DNA from: Candidatus Equibacterium intestinale
GTDB taxonomy: Bacteria; Bacteroidota; Bacteroidia; Bacteroidales; UBA932
NCBI GenBank assembly: GCA_018064305.1
Contig: JAGHVP010000143.1
Coordinates: 1-26,593 of the forward strand
Direction of reading: 5' to 3'
DNA: 26,593 bases
Shown here: positions 19,998 through 26,593 of the stretch, one piece after another
How positions within the stretch are numbered: position 1 is the first letter of the stretch
How the letters are laid out: each line of letters begins with the position of its first letter
Position numbers and translations under genes: made by a program
The notes under the pieces: model-generated
Told to the model about the DNA's origin: nothing
What the model saw: the letters and a program-made list of their open reading frames with translations, nothing else
Database searches by the model: none

Positions 19998-21887
19998 CTA
20001 TTTGTTTATCTCCTTGTCGAGCCACTTCAACCTCTTGTCATAGAAATTCTTCATGTAGTTTATCTCGGCCTGGAAGGAGCCGTTGATGACAGGCTGCGAC
20101 CATACGTTGTAACTGAGGATGGGCCACCTCTGGAAATTCTTTTCCGCAGCCGGACGGATATAATCCGCCCATTCGTCGATGAAATCAGGAATCTTCTCGA
20201 ATTCAGGCTTGAGCTCGTTCCATCTGTCCTTTACCTTCTTCTTGAATGCCGGATCCTGGAACAGGCGGTAGTACCACCCCCAGCCATATCCCTGGAATCC
20301 GTAATCCCTTACATAGAAGCCTTCGGGGCCGTTACCGCCGGGCAGTCCGCCGAAAAAGCTGCAGTTGCCAAGCGAAAGGTCGAAGTCCCAGAGATGGCAG
20401 AACTCGAGCTTACCGCCTTTCTTCAGGGAGAAGAATGTGCTCTTGTGCAGGTTGCCGTCGTAGTTCTTAGTGAGTTCCTGGATTATATAGTTGTCTATAA
20501 ATGACTTCAGATCGATGTATTTTGCATATCCACGTTCCGGGTCGGCGAAATAGTCCGACTGGGGAGCGGTCTCGAATTCGCGGAAGAATCCTTCCACATC
20601 CCTTCTTACGGCATCACTCGGCGTGTCGGGGTCCTTGTATGTTAGAGGCACAGACATCGATGTCCAGAAATTGTAAGGTTCGTCCGGATAGCACTCCAGC
20701 TCGAGATAGACGTCTCCCGCATCTGGATTGATGTCAACCTTGTTCTTGTTCACTTCCTTATGCTCGCCAAACTCATACAGGCCGTTATATGCACCATTGA
20801 GATACAGCTCCACCGGATAGAAATGAGGTGTCCATGAGAATCCGCAGATACGCGACATCTCGAAGGCAACCGCATTGCGCATCAGCGACTTGTCGTTGTA
20901 GTTCGCCATTACGATCCAGTCCCTGTCAGACTTCAGCCCCAAGACTTTGGCCTTTTCATCGAGTTTTATATGGTATGGTTTCTTCGGGAAGAAATCCCAG
21001 GTCGAGTTGCCGCGCCCCTTTATCTGCATCCTCGATTCGAAACTCCATTCGGAAGAGTGCTCATTGAACGGGTCGTCGACACGTATGGTGCCTGGGATAT
21101 AGTTGTATTTGTCTGCTATTGTCCTGTTGCCGTCTGTATTGATATATACAGCCGGGAAATCTCCGTGAGGACGGAGGATTACCGTAAATGAGACCTCAGA
21201 ACCATCGTAGAGAGTGACGTCATAGACTACAGGCACTGAGAAATCGTGCTGCGAAAGCCCGCTTTCCTGCTCCACTCCCCCCACTCTGACACTGAGTGCA
21301 TCAGCCTCGAAACGCGGACGGAGGAGAAGGTCTCTGTAGATACGGGGGCGCTGCCCACGGATTTCCAAATCTTCCTGAGTGCATTCGATTACCTCTGTTA
21401 TATTGGGATTGTCTGAGCGAAGGAACTTGAAGGACTTGAATACCTCACCGGGATTCCTGCCACGTGAGACAACTGAGCCGTTACATAGGTATGCTTTGAT
21501 GAGTTTGCTGTCATACCATAAACAAAGAGGATACGAATCCCTGTCCGGGACAGTTTCAAAGTACAGCCCGGAATAGATGAGGTTCCGCAGCCACTCCCCG
21601 GAATCTTCCTCATAGAACAACTTCGGTTCGTCGAATATATTGCCGTCTATTATCTTGACCTCGTCATGGGGAATGTCTATGACAGTCCCGTCGTCGAACC
21701 GTACGATAAGGTATTCATCGGTATTTTCTGCAGACTCGTACCAGCACCCCCGTCCCATTGCTTCCATAAGCTCTGAGAAGAAGTGCGGCACTTGTGGCGG
21801 ATTACCACCCGCACCTGGTTCAACCCTTTCAGCACAGGATATCACCAGAAGTACGGTCAACAGAAATATCGATATCCTATGCATCAT
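19998..21887 (-). CDS. CotH kinase family lipoprotein - copy 2
   Basis: Lipobox VISC; KGRGNSTW..PKKPY.IKL, MANYNDKSLMRN, NGAYNGLY, ELTKNYD and LWDFDLSLGN motifs. Confidence 0.9.
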   Translation of the reverse strand: MMHRISIFLLTVLLVISCAERVEPGAGGNPPQVPHFFSELMEAMGRGCWYESAENTDEYLIVRFDDGTVIDIPHDEVKIIDGNIFDEPKLFYEEDSGEWLRNLIYSGLYFETVPDRDSYPLCLWYDSKLIKAYLCNGSVVSRGRNPGEVFKSFKFLRSDNPNITEVIECTQEDLEIRGQRPRIYRDLLLRPRFEADALSVRVGGVEQESGLSQHDFSVPVVYDVTLYDGSEVSFTVILRPHGDFPAVYINTDGNRTIADKYNYIPGTIRVDDPFNEHSSEWSFESRMQIKGRGNSTWDFFPKKPYHIKLDEKAKVLGLKSDRDWIVMANYNDKSLMRNAVAFEMSRICGFSWTPHFYPVELYLNGAYNGLYEFGEHKEVNKNKVDINPDAGDVYLELECYPDEPYNFWTSMSVPLTYKDPDTPSDAVRRDVEGFFREFETAPQSDYFADPERGYAKYIDLKSFIDNYIIQELTKNYDGNLHKSTFFSLKKGGKLEFCHLWDFDLSLGNCSFFGGLPGGNGPEGFYVRDYGFQGYGWGWYYRLFQDPAFKKKVKDRWNELKPEFEKIPDFIDEWADYIRPAAEKNFQRWPILSYNVWSQPVINGSFQAEINYMKNFYDKRLKWLDKEINK

Positions 21888-21891
21888 CTCA

Positions 21892-23818
21892 TTACCACTT
21901 GTTTATTTCCGTATCAAGCCAGTTGAACCGCTCGAGGTACCAGCTCCTCAGGTATTCCACTTCACCTGCGTACGAGCCTGGTATCCTGCGGTTTGGCCAG
22001 ACGTATGTATCAAGTATCGGCCAGGCCTCGAAATTCCTGTCTGCCTGTTCCGAGATATACTGTGACTGCTCGTCTATGAATGCCGGGATACGGTCTCTGA
22101 GTTCAGTCTTCACCTGGTTCCAGCGGTTCTTGACCTTGATCTTGAAGTTGTTGTCCTGAAACAGGCGGTAATACCAGCCCCAGCCATACCCCTGATATCC
22201 AAAATCCTTGATGAAGAAGTCCTTGCCGCTTCCACTGATATTGTAGTAGGAGCCGAAATAGTCGCAGTTTCCAAGGGAGAAATCGAAATCCCATACATGG
22301 TACATCTTGAGTTTTCCTCCCCTCTCCTTGGTTATGAATGTACTCTTGCGGAGATTGCCGTCGATGTTCTTCGTAAGCTCCTGAACGATGTAGTAATTGA
22401 TGAATGATGTGACATCTATGTACTTCTGATATCCGGTGTTCGGGTCAGCGAAGGAGTTGCTCTGGAGTGCTTTCTCAAAATCGTTGAAATACGATTTCAC
22501 ATAGTTCTGCTGTTCCTTTGTCGGATGCTCGGGATCCTTGAACATCATAGGGACACCCATGGTTGTGCTCCAGCTTACAGGCTCGTCAAGCTGCTGCTCT
22601 ATCTCAAAGTAGTAGCCACCTGTAACCGCGTCGCCGGAATTGTCTTTGTCTGTGACAACGGCTATATCTACCCTGTGCTTTGCGACCTCCTTATGGTCGC
22701 CGAAGTCGTAGACACCATTGTACTTGCCGTTGACGTAAACCTCTACAGGATAGAAAGTAGGAGTCCACGGCATTCCGCATATCTTAGATATTTCCATCGC
22801 CACCTCGTTGCGGAGGAGGGATTTGTCGGAATAGTTTGCAAGAAGGACCCAGTCCTTGTTCTTCGGAAGCCCGAAGACCTTGGCCTTCTCGTCCAGTTTT
22901 ATATGGTAAGGCTTCTTCGGAAATTCTCTCCATGTAGCATTTCCGCGCCCTTTTATTCTCATAGTTGTGTCCAGGTCAGCATCTCTGCTGTACCTGTGTT
23001 TCGGGTCTTCGATACGTATGGTGCCCGGAACGTAGGTGCCCTTCTGAATCTGGGCATTGTTCTTCGTATATATATACGGTGGGGAAAGTATTCCCTGAAT
23101 CAAGTGAAACGGTGTATGAAACCGTATAGCCGCTGTAAAGCTCTATATCGTATTGTACGGGATTCGCGAAATTCTGTTTCGACACTCCGCTTATCTGCTC
23201 TACACCGTTGACTTTTATACTCTTTCCTGTATACTCGAAACGTGGTATCAGGGTTAGAGTCGCTATGTTTACCGGGCGGACTCCCTTGACTTCCGTCCCG
23301 TCTATTCCACATATTATGCTTTTTGCGAGGAGATTGTTCTCCTTTGTAAAGAAAGCGAAGGATGAAAGGGCCCCTGAAGGATCCCTTCCAACGATGAAGG
23401 TCTTTCCATTGCTGAAGAATACGCTGACGGAGCTGTCATCGTAATAGATGCATACCGGCCATGACGTCTCAATCGGACGGCTCTTGTCTACCTTGAAATC
23501 AGTCTGCACCATATTGATGGTCCAGCAGCCGTTCCGCTCACCGAATTCAGGAGTGTCGAAGATCATGCAGTTGACAATCTTCACATCGTTGCGCGGTATG
23601 GAGGCCGACTCGTCGCCGGAAAAGGTAAAGGTCACACAATCGTCATCCTCGAACGCCTCGCAGTAGTAGCATCCCGAGAAACATATCCGCATGAACTCTG
23701 CGAACGGATACTGCCAGCTGGCGTCAGGGTCTTCTTCCAGCGGTTCCTTGTTGCAGGCCGCAGCCGACATCAAGACCGCAAGCAGGAGCGATATGACTTT
23801 TGTGATTGATCCTTTCAT
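21892..23818 (-). pseudogene. CotH kinase family lipoprotein - copy 3, split by a frameshift (pseudogene or phase-variable OFF state)
   Basis: The N-part (ORF 23818-22976, lipobox AAAC) and kinase part (ORF 23103-21892) are colinear with copy 2. Frames switch at FPTVYI|YTKNN inside (TA)5; adding 2 nt gives a 642-aa ORF. Confidence 0.85.
23067..23076. repeat. (TA)5 dinucleotide tract at the frameshift, within the palindrome CGTATATATATACG (23065-23078)
   Basis: Read directly from the sequence. Confidence 0.9.
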
Positions 23819-23824
23819 ATAAGT

Positions 23825-23854
23825 AAAAAAGGGCCGGCCATTGTAGCCGGCCCT
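23825..23854 (-). terminator. Intrinsic terminator inside the minus-strand gene run
   Basis: Minus strand reads AGGGCCGGC-TACAATG-GCCGGCCC-TTTTTT: a GC-rich stem of 8-9 bp plus U6. Confidence 0.85.
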
Positions 23855-23875
23855 ATATCAAATCAGTTAGTCTTA

Positions 23876-26170
23876 CTAAAACTGAGAAGCTACAATGTAC
23901 AGATCACCGTTTTCATCAACCTTGATGACAGATGCAGCATAGCACTGACCGAATTCCTCATCTGTAACGAGAATTTTTGTTCCAGACCAGGGACCTTCGA
24001 TCTTGTCTGCATCCTTGAATACAAGGGCACCCTCGTATGAGCGGTAGATCATCATGAAACGGTCGAACTTGGGATTGTAGACTACGCAGGGTTCTGCCCA
24101 GGTACCTGCAGTAAGAGATGACTTTATATTAGGGTCAGCTTCGTTTGCAGCCCATTCTCTTCCTGTCCAATACTCCCAGTTCTGAGGATCAGAGATATCG
24201 CTGGTTGCAGCAGCACGTGCAGCAAAGAAAGTTCTCTTTGTCTCAGCCCATCCAAGCATAACATTAGGATAACGTCCCGGAAGAGTACCGAGCATGTAAA
24301 CATAGTCGCCCTTCTGGCAGAGAGATGCCTGAGCAAAGCATGTATAAGAGTTAGGCCAGTATGCAATATGGTCACTACCATCGAAAGGTACCCAGTTGCG
24401 GCCGTGATCAGGAAGGTTCCATGTCTTACCGCCGTCCTCGGATACGACAAAGCCTGAATAAGCAATGTAACGCTCAAGTGCAGTACCATCTGGACGCATA
24501 AAGGCAGGCGCGGTCTCTGCATAATAGTGCATATAAGTCTTGCCACCTACGTTGATTGCAGCATCAGGTACCATGTTAATAATGCCATCAGCCTCTGCGA
24601 CTGCAGGGAGAATAAGACCTTTTGCCTTATTGAACTTGCCGATAGTGATGTCAGATGCGCTTGAAGCTTCCTTGGCAAATGCTACTGCGTTGTCCACGAA
24701 GGTACCAGAAATAGTTGCCTTAGAGCATGCAACGTTGATAGTACCTGCAGTTGCATCGTCCCATACGACGAAACGCTCTACGTCTGTAAGGTCGTCGAAT
24801 GTAGCGTTCTTCATGCTTCCAAGAGACTCGACATTTGCAACCTTCATAGACTTCTTGTCATAACCTTTAGGAACAACTTTCAAATCCTTGAAATCAAGTG
24901 TACAACCTCCATTACCCCAGAAACCGAGATACATATCTGCGAAGTAGCTGTCACCTGAATAGAACTCCATTGATAATTTCTTTACTTCTGCATTATATGA
25001 GCCAGGTTCTCCGCCACCGTCACTTACTGCATGTTCAACCCATTGATCAAAAGGTGTTTCGAACCACGCATCAGGTTCCCAGAGATTGAAACCCCAATAT
25101 GGCCTTGCATTTGAATTACCATAGAATGAATACTCATATTCAGTGTCCATCTCAAGAGGGATAACCTGCATAACTCTATGCCATGCCCACGGATCTGTGG
25201 TAGGCACCATTCTGCAGAACTGCTCGCCATTGTATGTAGTTGTGGTAATCTGATCAGGATCACCCTGACGGTGCCACTCTGATCTATAAATATGGTCCTG
25301 TTCAGGATAATACTCGAAGCTTGGTTCAGAAAGAACGTTGAAGTCAGCCTCTGCGAAAGATGCCTTGATAATCACGTTCTTTGCGACATTGGTAGGATTG
25401 GGATTCTCAGCCTCTACCCACTCGAATGAATCGAATGTGCCGAGGTCGGTAACTGCACCGCTCTTGAGTTCGGCACCGGCCACCTTGATCTCGCAGCGGC
25501 TGTCAGTTGCATCGGTGAAGCATACAGTGAAAGAAGATACGGTTCCAGGAGCTACTGCAACATAGTATGAACCCTCAAGCTTTTCGCTTGTGATAGTGAC
25601 TTTGTTGCTGCCTTCACCAGCCTGAGTGCATGAAGGAGTTGCAGAAAGGTCGAGTGTTACGGTTCCAGAGAGAGTCTCGTTGCCGTCAGCTACAACCTGA
25701 GCTGATACGATCTCCTCGCCGGGAGCAACTGTGATCTTAACAAGGGCAGGCATGAATACGAAATTGAGAGCTGCATCCTTGCTTGCTGCATAAGCAACCT
25801 CGAAAATTGCTGCAGGGTCCAGTGAACCGGCAGCAGGTTTCTGTGCAGCAGGAATTGTAACGTTCACCTTACCTGAAGTACGCTTGTATGACGCGTTGTA
25901 AGGATAAATAACGCTGAACGACTCTGCATTGGCATCAGCTGTTCCAGTGAAGGAAGTAGCAGAAGCGGCTGTGAATTTCTGGTTTGCCTTTCCATCGAAG
26001 ACGGAGATAGACTCACCTGTGCTGAACTGAAGGTCAACACCATTAACGGTTGCGGGAGTAGCGTTGAATGTCATTTCCTGATAATCAGGACCTGCAGGCA
26101 CTTTCTCCTCGCCGCAAGACACGAGCAACAGCATCGCTGCTGCCATGAAGAACAATTTGATTGCTTTCAT
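23876..26170 (-). CDS. Lipoprotein: fimbrillin-like domain + CBM-like domain + DUF4185 (GH183-like) beta-propeller
   Basis: Lipobox LVSC. Fimbrillin-like motifs F..GESISVF, IYPY, IPAAQ and LNF..MPALVKI. CBM4/9-like NVLSEPSFE...Q...L....EY..SFY. DUF4185-like VPDAAINVGGKTYMHY, VSEDGGKTW, WEYWTG..W and AEPCVVYN...DRFMMIY...GPWS. Confidence 0.75.
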   Translation of the reverse strand: MKAIKLFFMAAAMLLLVSCGEEKVPAGPDYQEMTFNATPATVNGVDLQFSTGESISVFDGKANQKFTAASATSFTGTADANAESFSVIYPYNASYKRTSGKVNVTIPAAQKPAAGSLDPAAIFEVAYAASKDAALNFVFMPALVKITVAPGEEIVSAQVVADGNETLSGTVTLDLSATPSCTQAGEGSNKVTITSEKLEGSYYVAVAPGTVSSFTVCFTDATDSRCEIKVAGAELKSGAVTDLGTFDSFEWVEAENPNPTNVAKNVIIKASFAEADFNVLSEPSFEYYPEQDHIYRSEWHRQGDPDQITTTTYNGEQFCRMVPTTDPWAWHRVMQVIPLEMDTEYEYSFYGNSNARPYWGFNLWEPDAWFETPFDQWVEHAVSDGGGEPGSYNAEVKKLSMEFYSGDSYFADMYLGFWGNGGCTLDFKDLKVVPKGYDKKSMKVANVESLGSMKNATFDDLTDVERFVVWDDATAGTINVACSKATISGTFVDNAVAFAKEASSASDITIGKFNKAKGLILPAVAEADGIINMVPDAAINVGGKTYMHYYAETAPAFMRPDGTALERYIAYSGFVVSEDGGKTWNLPDHGRNWVPFDGSDHIAYWPNSYTCFAQASLCQKGDYVYMLGTLPGRYPNVMLGWAETKRTFFAARAAATSDISDPQNWEYWTGREWAANEADPNIKSSLTAGTWAEPCVVYNPKFDRFMMIYRSYEGALVFKDADKIEGPWSGTKILVTDEEFGQCYAASVIKVDENGDLYIVASQF

Positions 26171-26228
26171 TTTTCTTGTTTTTAGGGATTATTAAAAAAT
26201 ATGGTTTAATATATTCAAGTTTAATAGT

Positions 26229-26507
26229 TTATTTTGCAAACGAGGCCTCGGCCTTCATAAGGAATACGTTGTAGGGCTGCCACTGCGAAATAGTCCAGTA
26301 GACCTCATTCGAATCCCAGTCCCTTGCGGCACAGGCCGGATGGATAAAGGATCCATACAGCTGGGCGTATCTCGAATCGGATCCACGGCATAACACATGT
26401 TCCATAGACCACGGCCCATTGATCCTCGCTGCGGAGCGGTAGCATATCGCATACGCCGCGCTGTCGAAGTACATCGCCACCCAGCGGTCATACTGCTCGA
26501 AGTACAT
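26229..26507 (-). pseudogene. 3' fragment of a DUF4185/GH183 gene, cut by an insertion
   Basis: Encodes only the family C-terminus (GPWS, LYGSFIHP, ISQWQPYNVFLMK). Upstream the frame runs into unrelated AT-rich sequence. Confidence 0.75.
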
Positions 26508-26593
26508 AGTCGTCCCTGCTAAACCATCAACGCATTAATAATCAGTGAAATAAGTCAAAATAATACTTGCAAAATTGCCCGGAAATGCTTAAC
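26508..26593 (+). mobile_element. Probable insertion-sequence left end (IS1380-like, from recollection)
   Basis: Abrupt switch from coding to AT-rich non-coding DNA at the DUF4185 break. (T)AGTCGTCCCTGCTAAACC...TTGCAAAA...AAATGCTTAAC resembles, from memory, ends of Bacteroidales IS1380-family elements. No transposase lies within the window. Confidence 0.5.

Noticed and set aside
20562-20564. Pro in CotH copy 2 (ETAPQSD) where copy 3 has Leu (EKALQSN)
   Set aside because: A single-base difference (CCC versus CTC) that could be drift or a read error; its effect cannot be judged here.
21892-23103. 403-aa kinase-only ORF as an independent gene
   Set aside because: TTG start with a non-homologous first 7 residues; it is the out-of-frame continuation of the gene starting at 23818.
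26229-26507. 92-aa ORF as a complete small protein
   Set aside because: It corresponds only to the last blades of a DUF4185 propeller; the ATG is an internal Met at the insertion junction.
26530-26593. Outward-facing IS promoter driving the downstream genes
   Set aside because: No TAnnTTTG match on the minus strand in this segment, only partial matches such as CAATTTTG.

Overview
Bacteroidales-type chromosomal window, judged from TAnnTTTG promoter boxes, many SPII lipoproteins and a fimbrillin-like domain. The left edge carries an accessory-element end beside tRNA-Asp(GTC): a candidate ~75-nt structured sRNA and two diverged ~136-bp att-like units. Housekeeping genes follow (rsmD, DUF3822-like, nrnA/DHH, two FKBP lipoproteins). 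Next is a long minus-strand run: metallophosphoesterase, DUF4886, SGNH esterase, MATE, menG/ubiE, menA, a hypothetical protein and a CotH-kinase lipoprotein. A divergent GH2 beta-galactosidase and M16 peptidase pair comes after that. The right end is an accessory glycan-type locus read right to left: an interrupted DUF4185/GH183 gene, a fimbrillin-CBM-DUF4185 lipoprotein, an internal terminator, a CotH lipoprotein frameshifted in a (TA)5 tract, an intact CotH paralogue, and LacI. The window ends in a probable IS left end. The best candidate for an undescribed system is the association of lipoprotein CotH kinases (three in 26 kb) with D-arabinanase-family/pilin fusion genes and a LacI regulator. 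All family assignments come from motif recognition, not database searches.
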